From the NCBI GenBank assembly GCA_043228905.1, contig JBHGNT010000001.1, forward strand, positions 34,906,001 to 34,970,000: 64,000 nucleotides of DNA. Direction: 5' to 3'. The position numbers and the translations under genes were made by a program. This stretch comes from Azolla caroliniana. Its lineage: Eukaryota; Plantae; Polypodiophyta. Positions 25,101 through 38,800 of this stretch are shown in pieces (the stretch's first letter is position 1; every line of letters begins with the position of its first letter). The notes beneath the pieces were generated by a model that was not told where the DNA came from, did no database searches, and worked only from the letters and a program-made list of their open reading frames with translations.

Positions 25101-27602
25101 GAAAGAGTATGTCCTTGGCATGTACATACTAACAACAGCTAGTATCTCACTTAATCAGCAATAAACCTAGTTTAATACTATATCAGCAAATTGTGCCTTC
25201 ATGTAAAAAGCTGTAATTGCATATGCATTTTCTATGTTGTTGAACCATGTTCTAAACAAATGGAAACTACACTGGCGTAATCATCTGTAGTCCATTCCAT
25301 GACCTCCTAATATCCATGTACGCCAGAGTGGCAGAATGGCTATGGTTTTGTAGAGTACATGAAATGATAATATTAAATGCTTCTACAATGTTCACCTCAA
25401 CATTGTATGTTATATTTTGTATTTTTACTGTAGGATGCTGGGAAGGAGATGGAAATCGATAACCCAGTACCAACTTCTAATGCAATTTCTTCAAAAACAA
25501 CTGTGATCCCAGAGCTAGAGGTCCTATGCTACCTCTTGGTGCTTGTATTCCTAATTGATCAGAAGCAATACAAAGAGGTAAGATTTGCACACCTTAAGAA
25601 AATCTTTCATATGGTGATCTTGAGAATTGTTACATCTGAATGCTTGCATGCAGGGAAAAGAATGTGCTTCTATGGCAATTAATCGTTTAAAGACACTGAC
25701 TAAGAGGACTGTAGATGTAATTGCAGCTAAGCTGTACTTTTTCTACTCCTATGTTTATGAATTGACCGATTCTCTTCTTGAGATACGAGGGTGCGTCTTG
25801 TGTTCTTAAAAAATCAGATGAATGATCAGTGTATGTAGTTCTAGTGTCAAATTATTCTCTTAATTTAAAACATTGACTTGAGCTTGATTGGGCATTTCAG
25901 TACTTTATTATCTCTCCATCGCACTGCTACTTCACGTCGCGATGAATTGGGCCAGGTATATTTGGGAGCTCTATATTAAGAGAGAAAATAATGCTCATGC
26001 ATCTGATAGAGTATGATACAACAACATTTATACTACAGGAAACTTTGCTGAATCTCCTTTTGAGGAACTATCTTCAATACAATCTCTATGATCAGGCTGA
26101 GAAGTTGCGAGCAAAAACACAGCGTCTTGAATCACATTCAAATCAGCAGGTACCACAAATTTTAATTTACTTGGGGTTTCTTCTTCAGTTTTCACAAGTA
26201 TTTGACAACACACTTTTGCCCCATAGCTTTGTCGCTACTTATTCTATTTGGGAAAAATAAGGACAATACAACTCGAGTATACAGATGCCAAAGATAGCCT
26301 TCTACAAGCAGCACGGAAGGCTCCTGGTAAAGCCAGAGGTTTTCGCATTCAATGTAACAAGTGGGCTGCTGTTGTCCGGTTGCTGCTGGGCGAAATACCT
26401 GAAAGAACAACTTTTATGCAGCCTGGCATGAAAAATGCTCTCAAACCCTACTTTGACTTAACAAATGTGAAGTATTAGATGTTTGCTTTCCTAAATTCGT
26501 TTTTTAATTTCGGAATCCTTCCATATGTGATTGAATTATTTATGTGCATATGATGATTGGAGTTCATAAATTCTCATTTGCATACTATGATTGGAGTCCA
26601 TAAATTCTTAGTGTATGATTGGAATCCATAATGTATATGACTGAAATCCATAAATTCTTACTTATGTATGGCTTGAATCCATAAATTCTTATTTTGTATG
26701 TTTGGAATGCATAAATTCTTATTTGCATACTATGATTGGAGCCCATAAGTTCTTATGTGTATGATTGGAAACCATAAAGTCTCATTTATGTATATGACTG
26801 AAATCCATAAATTCTTACTTATGTATGGCTGGAATCCATAAGTTCTTATTTTGTGTGTTTGGAATGCATAAATTCTTATTTGCATACTATGATTGGAGCC
26901 CATAAATTCTTATGTGTGATTGGAAACCATAAAGTCTTATTTATGTATATGACTGAAATCCATAAATTCTTACTTATGTATGACTGGAATCCATAAGTTC
27001 TTAGTTTGTATGTTTGGAATGCATAAATTCTTATTTGCTTATGATTGGAATACATCTGTATTCATGAATCGTATAATGGCCTGCAGGCTGTTCGAATCGG
27101 AGATCTTGCCCTTTTTCATAGAGTTTCAGAGAAGTATTTGAGCGTATTTCATACTGATAAGACACACAACCTTATTGTGCGCCTGAGGCACAATGTGATA
27201 AGAACAGGGCTCCGGAATATTAGTGTCTCATATTCACGGATCTCACTAATTGATGTGGCAGGAAAACTCAGATTAAACTCCCTGACTGCAGTTGCTGATG
27301 CTGAAAGTATTGTAGCAAAGGCTGTTAGAGACGGTGGTATTGAAGCCTCTGTAGATCATGGCAATGGATGGATGCATTCCAAAGAAATGGGTGATATATA
27401 TGCATCCAATGAACCTCAGCTTGCTTTTCATTCTCGGATTGCCTTCTGTTTGAACACACACAATGAAGCCATTCGAGCACTTCGTTTTCCGCCTAATGCT
27501 CACAAGAAAGAGCTGGAAAGTGATGAGAAGAGGCGTGAAAGGCAACAGCAGGAACAGGAATTGGCAAATCATATTGCAGAAGAGGATGATGGTGACTTCT
27601 AG
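22188..27602 (+). CDS. RPN3: 26S proteasome non-ATPase regulatory subunit 3 (lid subunit, PCI domain), ~499 aa
   Basis: Eight exons: 22188-22290, 22504-22697, 25434-25577, 25654-25790, 25901-25955, 26039-26149, 26227-26466, 27087-27602. Motifs ETLLNLLLRNYLQYNLYDQAEKL, RLRHNVIRTGLRNISVSYSRISL, EPQLAFHSRIAFCL and C-terminal EEDDGDF. Confidence 0.97.
26551..27056. repeat. Intronic minisatellite: ~17 monomers of ~30 bp arranged as a 5-monomer (~157 bp) higher-order repeat
   Basis: Monomer consensus TATGATTGGAATCCATAAATTCTTATTTG. The variant order actgaa, gctgga, tttggaatgc, ggagccc, ggaaacc recurs about three times. Confidence 0.95.
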
Positions 27603-28154
27603 TTCTAATTGTATATAACATCTAGGGGGGTAAAAGTGAAGAGTGCCTTAAGTTTGATGATCTATGTTTTTTATCTTCAGGGATTATGCTTTTATCGTCA
27701 GGGATTATTCTTTTGTCAAGAAGGGCTTTAGTTCTTGGTTCTCTTAGAGGGCTAATTATGTTTAATGAGCTTTTAGTGCTAAAACCTTTAGGAGGGCATA
27801 TATATGCTTAATATTCATATAAACTTTGTCCCTAAGACCTGTACACCACCATAACTTATGCATCATTGTAAGAGGAGACTGATGTATGACCCATGCTTCT
27901 ATTTATACACATCCATTCCCCACATCTCTTTTTATTTATGCACGATAAATGAGTCTTTTGGAAATAAAGAGATCAATCATATTCATTTAGTGCTATTTGT
28001 ATGAGTAGTGTTATGATCAAAGCGGCAATTAGTATTACCCCATTCCAGAATGCTGCTTTAATATCTGTGAGACCTCATCAATTCTTTTGAATTACTACAT
28101 GATGTTAAGTATTCGCAAATCATTTTTGGCAATTTTGAATTACTTTGAAGGCCT

Positions 28155-28360
28155 CATGGTAAGAGTATTACTTAACAATAAAGTCAATAGAGATACTTTT
28201 CTCATTGGCTTTTATTGTTTAATAATAGATTCTTAACAGGCTGAGATCACTATTGAGCACTTGTTGTCATACCATGGTTAAGAGGATATTACTAAACAAA
28301 AAAAATCCAAAGGGAAAGTATCTCTACGGGTTTTATTGTTTAGCGATAGAAACTTAACAC
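28155..28360. repeat. Diverged direct duplication (~85 bp)
   Basis: catggt.aagag..tattact.aacaa....ttttattgttta...ataga..cttaaca occurs twice. Confidence 0.65.
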
Positions 28361-29612
28361 AATTTTTTTATGAACACACAAACTGATTAACTATTGCATC
28401 AGCATTGGAATGATTGCAAATAGAGCAATTTGTCAATTAGAAATCTGTCGCAGGCTTGCAAGAAGAATTTCTTGACCTTAATACAAACCATAATATTATG
28501 GTAATTATTTTGAGAATTTTAGTATTATTATAAAACAAGTTTGAAGGGTTCCCATATCTCCACTGAGAAATTTGAAGCTTTAGCTCAATATAACTTACAC
28601 TTCTGTTCTCACAACATAATGGAATGAGCACATTGGTTCTTGTACTTACATCTGACCATATGCACAGAACGAAGAAATGCCTTTGTTTAAGAAATCATTA
28701 ATGATGAAATCAACTTTTCACAACTTGGTTGAAGACAATCAGAATAGGATATTCCAAACTCATGCAAAAAACGCTGTAATTGTGTCACAATTTGTGAGCT
28801 CTAATTCATCCTTATAGCAATTTTACCAGAATGCTGTTAACTGCAATAATTTAGAAGTATCATTATATATATTTAATTTTAACTAATGAGCACTTGTCAG
28901 ATTAATATGAATTGTATTAGGTACGTGTTTTTTATAACTATTACATTTTCTACTTAGTAGAATACTCACAAATCTTGATATCACTCATAACAATTGTAAC
29001 ATTTTCATTAATGCAACTGAGTCCTTATTCATTATTAAAAAGAAACCTAATCATTTCAAATCAGCACTTCTCGTAAATTATGATTATTTTGGTGTTTTCA
29101 AAAAGAATTTAGGGATGTCCTCAAAATTTGTAGATAACTTTAAGGAATTTTTGGCGTTTCACATAGTAGCCGTATAAATCCACAACAAGTATCATACACT
29201 TATATACGCCAGTTTCACATGAAAAAAATGTATTCCTTAAAAGGCTGAAGAAAAAATATTTTTGAATCAATGGATCTCTAATGACGTGTAAAGAATGTTA
29301 TGAGCCACTGTATGAATTCAAAATACCCATGCACTATCCAAGTGTTCATGTCACCGAGTAATACCAAGCAACACAGTATAAAGAAAAATTGTATTTGTAT
29401 ATATTATGAAATAAAACAGCGAGTAACACCAGCTTTCCATATGCATGGAATTTCCAGGCTCCTGACAGCTCACATTTTTATGCAGTATCTCAATTCACAG
29501 ATTGAAAGAAAAATAATCAAATGTATCTAGAAACTCTCCTAAGTACAGTTTTTACCTACAAAAGTTTTTAAAAACAATTTCCATAAACTGAATATTCTCA
29601 CCGTTGTCATTT

Positions 29613-32600
29613 TTAGATGGTCACTTCCAAAGCTTTTCCATCCATATCATCTGAAACATCAATAAGCTTTCCAATCCTTCTCCACTTACTGGGTTCATTA
29701 ACGGGTCTTGATCCCGATTGTTTATCTTTGTGTGTGGTATCAGCCTCTGGCATCTTTGAAAAATTATTTGATGACGACGTTTTGGCTTGGTCAACCACGG
29801 TAGCATCCTTCTCCAAGGAGCTTAATTGTAACCAATATTCGTCCATTATGGAAGATCTTGTTGGGTAGTTCCGGAAAATGCTCAACATCTCCAAACCCAA
29901 TTGAAATTGTACCTGTAATAACCACTTTTCTTGTAACCAGCCTCAAGTAGATGTCCTTTTTTCTACTTGTGTAGAGAAAAACATTAGAATAATTACTAAA
30001 ATACTCCTACGCAATGGTACGTACACAGATATTCTGATTATTTTATACTCCTTAATTTGGGGTATTCCAGTAAATACCCAAATTTTTTATTACGGAGGGC
30101 TGTAATTAAGTTCTTGGAATCTGGATATATAGATAGATACCTCTTGACCATCTCTACTGTTTGTCACAGGCTTGCACTCATTGTTTTCTAATATTATATG
30201 CCGAAGCTGAGAGTTGGGTAGATCTTTTACTACATGCCACTTCACTGGGAAGGAGCCATTCCATTTATGTTGCTCCCAAAATGGCATTGATTTGGAGTAA
30301 TCCACAGAACCAACCATCTCAGCAATGCCACAAAATTGTCTGCTCCCATTGACCTATTCCAAAGCATACTTGCCAAATTAGCAGTTTTTTTGAAAATCAG
30401 TAGAGATTCTCTATCAAAAGATTCTTTTGCATTTGGCTTTAGCAAATACACTTTTATGATTTTGAACGAACCAAGACAGAATGTTACTGCCTACATTATT
30501 ATCATAAAGAGTATCTTTTATCTTAACTAGCACAAATAAGACATGAAATCAATTAAGTTAATCCCTCGGAATAATAATTTTGAATTGCATCTGGTCAAAT
30601 ACACATCTTCGTATTGAACAAGTACGAAACCACATCTCCTACATCATTAGAAATGTTATTACCACAAATGCTATTTTGTATCTCAACTAGCATATATAAG
30701 CTTCTCCTTGGAAAAATATTTGTGTATTGTCTTAAGAAAGACACATCTTAAGAGACTTTGGATTGACCAATAAAGAAAGTGTTTCCTATATTTCCCCCAG
30801 TTTTCATGAACAATATTTCTCATTGCAAATTGCATATAAGACATATATTACTAAAATTCTCATTCACACTATGGTGCGAACATCAGACTTATCCCTCTAT
30901 TGGTTCAGGCTAAGGCCAATGGAATAATAGCAACAGAAAAAGGCATGCATACATCGCCAAAGAAAACACAGACAGAAAATTAAAAGAAAAACATACGGAT
31001 ACAAGCCAATTCAAGAAACACAAAGCATCCTTGCTTATAACTCACATAAACAAAGCAGTCTGCAAGATTATAAAGCAACAATATCAAAGTTCGTATCATA
31101 TCATGAGATGTTATTGGTTATCAGAAACAATTGTTTGATTGAAAAGAAATCACATGAGAATAACCATATTATCAAATGGGGTGAAATCTGAAGTGATTTA
31201 TTACTTATCACATGCAAATTAAGCAGGAATCTTAAGAAAAATATTGTTATTAATCTCCTGAATGTTTCTCAGTCTCCTATGATTTAGCCTTATCTTTGTT
31301 GTTACATTCTTCTGGTTGTACATGATCCTAAAGTCAATATTTAAAGTTAGGCATACTTTACATCCTTGAACACAAACACTAAGAAAACAGTTCCTCATAA
31401 TTTATGGCGTCCTTTTCATTCTTTCCGATATAGTAACCGTTCCTCATAAATATAGGACTGCAATTATTGGCATTTTTGAATCTGTAACTTTTTCTTTCTC
31501 TCCATCCATTATAGTAAAGTCAACTTTACAAATCTCTCCTTGTTCTTTTATCCTTTTTGAGCTTCTCAAAGTTCAATTGTTTCTAGAAGAACATATGGCT
31601 TGAGAAAAACCTATTATGTTAAAATGAACGAGTTTCTCTTTTAATTGAAAAGTTGTGGATTACTATGTAGCTTTTGAATTTAAGGTTTGAGCTCATATTG
31701 CAACAACTAATGATCTACAGACCTTGTTTCACTTTCAGCTTCATACTAGTTATAGTTTGAATGGCTGCCAGTGCATTTGTTTAGGGAGCTCTATGAGATT
31801 TCTTCGTAGAGACAGGCTAAAGAGTTTTTGAGGGTAATAAAGAAAATGTCAGACATGTCCCTACAATGTCAGTCTTGTACTTTATAATAACCACCATGTC
31901 TAGAACTATGTCTCTGGTTACAAATTGCAAGATATTTACAAGAACATAGCATGCAAGAAAGCATTACACAGAAGGTATGTGGAATACATACAGAGAAGAA
32001 AAGGAATATAGGACATCCCTGAGGCTTATCTTTAGCTCGCACTTGAGCCTCTTCGAACGCTTCATTAAGCTTCTTGTTACCGCATGCTGTGCTTGCCCAC
32101 ACATTGAACTTTATACTTTTATAGACATTATCCTCACTGTACGATTTGATTATGAAGAATTTTGCATCAGTAAAACTAGATTCAAGAAAGGAAGAAGTTT
32201 GAGATTGCCTCTTTACATGATTATTTTTCACATCATTATAGTCGTGATTGGACCCATATAAAACGTGCTTGTTCGCAGGTACCTCCCTTTCTTTTGTTTG
32301 GGAAGCATAAGAACTATTGGCATGTTTTTGTCTTCTAGCATCTAGGTTCGCTTTCAATTTCAATTCCACAACCTTCGAGGCATTAATAGAAGGCCTTGTT
32401 ATCATAGATGAATCAACCCTCGAAGTACTTTGACAGACAGTTCTTTGATGACCTTGAACATCTGGAGGTAACTCATTCATTCCCAAGCTAGTAGCAGAAA
32501 ACTTTATTCCTTTTAGTGATGTATGGCCCAAAGTTTGGTTAGTTGGAATGGAATGTTGATGAGTACTAGCAGAAGATCGCAGAGAAACCAAAGGATTAGC

Positions 32601-34544
32601 TCTACCAATAAAATTTACATCCATAGACTGATTATGAGTGTGTGGACTTTGAATTTGTGGATGACCCACTTGGGTACTTGATGGCGCTGCTGACTGTGGT
32701 TGATTAAGAAAAGCCTGACCACTACCACAGGAACCTCGATAATATTCATTTTGTGGGTACTGGTATATCTGAGGCCAATACATCACATTGTTGGTGTTAT
32801 TATCGTGAGATTGACAAGAATTCTGAGCACTGGCACCTACACTCGAGCAACCATATTTGTAAACCTGTTGGCCAAAATTTTATGAATCATTGTTTTGCTC
32901 AAAAGAAAACACAAACCAAGATCCTATAGTTTCACAAGTGCAATATAAACCGAGAATCTGCTTACAGGTTAACTCACATGACCATGATAGCTTGGGTTGT
33001 TGGCAGAATAACGATCATAATGAGGTGCATTTGAAGTTGGATATTGAGATGCATAATGACAACCTAAGAGAAAATTGCTAAATTAGTGCCAGATCATTTT
33101 ATTCAGAATGCAAAATGCATGTACATCCACAAATAGCATACCATCACATGTACATTCATTAGGGGACATCTTAGCATACCCTCCCACATCAATTCAAAAA
33201 TATATCTTAGCATACCATCATACCTACATTCACAGCTGGACAACTTTGCATATCATCAGCCGTCCATTCACAAGAGGGCACCCTAGTACACTACGAATCA
33301 TACATACATTCACAGGGAGCACCTTGCATACCATCATATGCCCATTCACAAAAGGTTCTCTTATCATACCAAGGATCATCACCGTTATAGACATTCAGGA
33401 GAAGGGAAGTCATCATACCATTAACCATATAAGCAGAAAAGAGCATATGAACATACCATCATATGCATTCATAAGAGGGTATCGTGATCCATTGGAAGCA
33501 AGCTGTAGACCAGGTATAACAGATGAATAAGTGGCAGCATCCTGGTCGATATTTGTTGAAGCAACCTGCCACAACCATCATATGCTTAAACCTCAACCAT
33601 GGATAGATGTAGCTATGTTAGTCAGTACTTAAAGAAGTCAAGATGATTATATTCTAAGAACACACCCTCACTACCCTAAGCAATAGCTTAGCCAAGATCC
33701 GTCACTGGAAAGTATCCAAAAATGGGAAAACAACATGAATATGTGGTAATCAAAAGCCAAGAGGTTCACCGCTAAGTGACTCCAAAACATAACAAATATC
33801 AACCCAACACAAAACATGAGATAAATATCCATAAAGCCTCACCGTTAGGGTTAAACATTAATCATGATTACATTAGGCTATGAAATTTATCACAGGAACC
33901 CAACATAAGACATGTTGTAATAATCACATAACCTCAGTCACATGATTAAACGTTTACCATGGTTTATACCATAGAACCCAACATAAGACATGCTCAGTGG
34001 ATCATTGCTAAATGTGTCTAACACAGAGAGAGATATAACATGGAACCAACACAGGAAATGTTATAGAAAGCACAAAGTCTTCTCTTTACGCTTAACACTT
34101 AAAAATAGTTAAGTTAAGCTAAGGTATGAGGGTCAGTGCTAAAAGAGCCCAAAACAGAATGAAAAACGTATCCAAACAGAGAATATGAGGTAACTAAACA
34201 CAGAATCTTACCTTTGATATAAAAACTTAACCAAAGGCAGGTTAAACCACGTGGAAAAAAATTACGGCACATGTGTTAATTAAGCACGAGAAGCTTACTT
34301 TTGTGGTTAAGGGTAACCATGCTAAAATTAAGATGTGTGGGTCTTTACTTAAGCATTTTGTACAACTCTTCGAACCGATAACACCTTACCCTTGAGAGAT
34401 TGCAATGCGGATTGATGCTCATGGTCTGCAGCCTTGTGTTGATATCTGGACAAAAGGAGAAATATTGATGGGTTTTTATATAATTAGGGTATCACGCGGA
34501 GAAAAGAAAAGAGGACCATGAGACAACAGAAAGAAGCGATGAAA

Positions 34545-34602
<58 letters not shown>

Positions 34603-34644
34603 AAGAAAAAGCTTACCAGAATTGGGTTCCTCGACATCTGCCAT
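29613..34644 (-). CDS. YTH-domain (ECT/YTHDF-type) m6A reader protein, ~554 aa
   Basis: Exons 34644-34617, 34445-34390, 33565-33457, 33063-32978, 32864-31992, 30353-30141, 29912-29613 join in frame. YTH motifs [56 protein letters not shown] and [11 protein letters not shown]; the aromatic-cage Trp residues are intact. The 5' exons are less certain. Confidence 0.92.
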
Positions 34645-34888
34645 TCTTCTTCTTCTTATTCTTCTTCTTCTTTCTGAGTGATGGTGTGATCCTTGTTGCT
34701 TCGCATCCTCAGTGAAGCTTTTAGGGCTTTAGATAGAATTGATAGAGATGATGGATGGCATACATACCATAATCATAATACCAAAAGACAACCCACTCCA
34801 AAACTTTGGCTTTCCTACCTCTCTCTCTCTCTCCCTCCTCCCTCTCTATTGGTTCACTAAAAGCCCCGGTGACCCACCCACCCAACCC

Positions 34889-35018
34889 ACATACATACAT
34901 ACATACATACATACATACATGCATGCATACATAACATAACATAACATACATACATACATACATACATACATACATGCATGCATGCATACATAACATAACA
35001 TAACATACATACATACAT
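34889..35018. repeat. (CATA)n/(CATG)/(CATAA) microsatellite upstream of the YTH gene
   Basis: Direct reading. Confidence 0.95.
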
Positions 35019-35876
35019 CTTTGCCTCTCACATTGTCCTAACTAGGATGATCTTCATGCCCCTAAGTCTTTTAAGCCATCACACGTTAGTCAATACGTAT
35101 GTTGCTAGTATGTACTTGTGAAAAATCTCAACCCCGACTCGCCTCCACTTGAGAGTACCTCATCGATTCTCATCATGAACACACGACATATCGCATGCCC
35201 TCAAAAGTATTAGTATTTAATGTCGGTGTTGCCGAGTTGTTATCGAGCTCTGACATAAGCCCGTTGTGCCTTCAAAGCAAGCATGTACATCTCCATGCGA
35301 TTCGCAACAATGATCCACATGGTTTTACTTATGCGGCTTGTGTCTTCCTATTTCTGTTTCTTTTTTGGCCCCTGTCTCCACTCATATCTTGCGACTACAT
35401 GTCGACTCTAGTTTCTCTATGTTAGATGTTCAGATGATTGATGATATGCACAAGACCTCTGGTGGAAGTACCTATACTTACATGCTCGAGTGCAATGAAC
35501 ATTTAACTGCACACTTGATCTTGATAAATGCTCAGTCTATATCACTCAGGTTGTATCCACATATATAAATAACTACACACTTGCGTACACAATATCAACC
35601 AATAATGGCTCGCCCAAAGTGCAATCCATCCATAAATAAGTTCAGTTGAGGAAAAACTCCGGAAAATGCCGTATCGAGAAGAATATTGGTGGGTTCCTCC
35701 GGATGCCCCCACACACACCAAAACATTCTTTATTTCTTCTGAATGCCCCCCCCCCCACCAACCTTTCTTTATTTCCTCAAATGCCCCCCCCCCTCCCCTG
35801 CATACATCATACCCTGCCGGTTTTGCGCAGAGAAAGAGAGAGAGAGAGAGTGTGTGAGCAAGTGAGAGAGCGAACA

Positions 35877-38800
35877 ATGGCGATGGATTTCAGAGCAGCT
35901 CTGCAGAGCGCTTCCGCCATCGCTGACCAGAGGCAGAAGATCGAGCAGTACAAGAACCTCCTCTCCTCCATCATCTCTACCAACAATGTCGCTTCTGCCA
36001 AGTCCTTCCTCGATCACAGTTAACTCTCTTCTTCTTCGCATCCATCCATCTTGTTCTATGTGTTATTTCCCCAAAAAATTCCTTAGGGTTTGGGATTCTT
36101 TTTCTAAGTTTTCACCCTATTATGTGCCGTTTTTTCTCTTGTGATTTTCATACATGTCACACATGTATATATATATATATATATGTTGCTTATGTTTTCT
36201 TCACAGGGATTGAACATTTTTATTTGTTTTCCTCGGTTTTAGATACTAATTTCACGGGTTTTTTCTAGTACACCTTGTGCATGTATGTATTTTCTGGAAG
36301 GGTTAAAAGTTTGTTTTTGTATATTTTTCCCCTCCGGATTCAATGTTTCTTGTGCTTTTCGTCTAACTCTTGGAATTCTAGGTATTCTATGTGTTTTAAT
36401 TTTAGTTTTAAATCATGGAGCTCAAATTCTGTATGTTTTGGCCATTGGTTTCTGAAGTTTTGCTTCGTGTGTTTCCTTCTCCCTAGGGCTTAGAATTCTG
36501 TATCCTCCCATAGGGTTTATGCCTGTGTTATTTTGCCCCGGTGATTCTTAATAAAGGAACTTTGCAGTGGTTTCGGATGAGGTTCCTCTGGTCGCATCTC
36601 GTCAGCTCCTGCAAGCTTTTGCGCAGGATCTTGTGAAGATGGAGACAGAGGCTCATAAAGAGGTGGCTCAGTATGCACTGATGCAAATTCAGCCTCGCGT
36701 CGTCTCGTTTGAAGAGCAAGTAAGTTTTCCTTCTTAAAGTAAGTTGTTATGCCTTTCTTTACATAGAGATTCACGGAGCATGTAAGGTTTGTGAAGTTTC
36801 ACAGTGAGAGTATTGATCTTGGAGCTCCTTCGCTTTGTTGAGCATTTTAAGTATGTGTTCAGTATCTAGGAAAAGACTATTTTGGTTTGTTGGAGATTTA
36901 AATTTCCTTTTTCAGCACAAAGAGTAGGAAATTATGATAAAACACAAGAAATCATAAGGAGTGAGATGAAATTGTTCTAACTGGGAACTTCCAAATCCCA
37001 ACCAGTTTTTAAGTGAATTGAGGGGTACCATTTTCACAACCACTTGCCTGTATATTTTTTATTGCTGCATTAAGTCTTGGGGGTTAACTGGGAAGATTTG
37101 CTATTTTGTTCTCACTCTACTGATAAGATGAGAATCATCAGTAATCCAAAAGAATATAGAACCACTATCATAACCAGTATCCTTGCATGTTCCATGCACT
37201 TCATGAAATGTTAAGTTTCCTACTTATATTTGTGAACTTCGCCATAACCTCACTCCACTGCATCCACCAACCTTGAATATGATGTCCTCTTACCACTTTT
37301 CAGCTCATACAAATTAATTCTTTCTTGTAAACCATTTTGAATCAATTCATCTCATGAATTAAGATCATTAAAATTCAAGAATATTAATTACGTAATTCTT
37401 GCTTGTAGGCCATCTCAAATAAATTCATCTCGTGCATTTAGTTCATTATCATGGATCTTAGGAAACCTAAAGATTTTATTTATGTGTTTGTATAGACAAC
37501 TCTAGGAGATGAATTTGTCTTTCTATTTCCTTTCTTTCTCCTTCTCTAACACACATTGATAGATAGATCTTTAATGTGTTGCTTAATGATCATTGATAAT
37601 GCTTCAATAGTTCTTTACATACATCAGAAAATTGTACACAATTCTGTCTACTCTAGAGTTTATATGTCTACATGTGTCCAATCTATGGGTAACTAGAGGT
37701 CATATAGAATTTTGGAGTTCATATGCCTACTATAGGGTTCATGTTTGTCTGCATAATTGTTCTAAATGAGAGAAAAATGTAAGCTTTTCTGTGTGTTTCA
37801 CAGTTCTCTAAAATACTTTCATGCACAATGCAGTTGCCTTTAGGTTGAGCTAGGTCATTATGGTGAATGGATGTGTAGTTTATCCTTAATGTTAATATTG
37901 TTTTCATGAGTTTAGGACAGAAGTTTAGGCAGGGTCTCGTTCATGTATTTCTTACTCGAATCAATAATACATTACAAGACAATTCATGTGTTGTTTGATA
38001 GGTTTCTGTGATTCGGGAAGGACTTGCAGATCTTTATGTGAATGAGGAAGAGTGGTCAAAAGCAGCACAAATGCTTAGTGGCATTGATTTAGATTCAGGA
38101 ATCAGGTAAGCTGATGTAAATGAATGAAAATTTTGCAGTACATAAGACTCTCATTGATGTTTTCATGGAAATACATCGTTGGTTTAGATTGATACAATTG
38201 TTTTTCAAAATTTATCTTGTAGGATTTTGGATGACACATACAAACTTTCAAAATGTGTAAAGATTGCGCTCTTGTACCTTGAGGTAGTCTATTTGTTACT
38301 ATTGTCTACTTCACATTTTGCAAACCAAAACCATTTTCTGATATTATTAATCTAGCAGAAGAGAGTAGGTTTACTTTTGTGTTTCCACATGGTTCAAAAT
38401 TCTAATAGAGTTTAGCACTATCTATGTCCATGAGGTGTTTAAAAGGATCACCAATGTTCTTTGAATCTTTGGCACCATCAACGGGAACCTCATTAATGTT
38501 GATGTATACCCTCTTTTTTCCAAAGCAGCTTGAATGTGAACTTTTATTGTTAATATCTTTGAATTCCTCATTGTCTTTAGTATACACAAAGGCACTGAAA
38601 ATATAAAACTCTCTTTTTAAAGTCATTTAACCTCTGCATCTCATGCATGTTCACACTTTACTCATTCTTTACTTGCCATTCTCTTTCAATTCAATCACCC
38701 TCCAAAAATTCTATGTGTGAAAAGATGTACCAAATTATTTCATCTATTATGTTTTTCTATTTGAAATTCTTAATTTTTATTCTGGGCAGGATGACGATGC

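Noticed and set aside
26551-27056. CRISPR-like array (palindromic ~30-bp repeats)
   Set aside because: No unique spacers, no cas genes, eukaryotic intron; it is a minisatellite.
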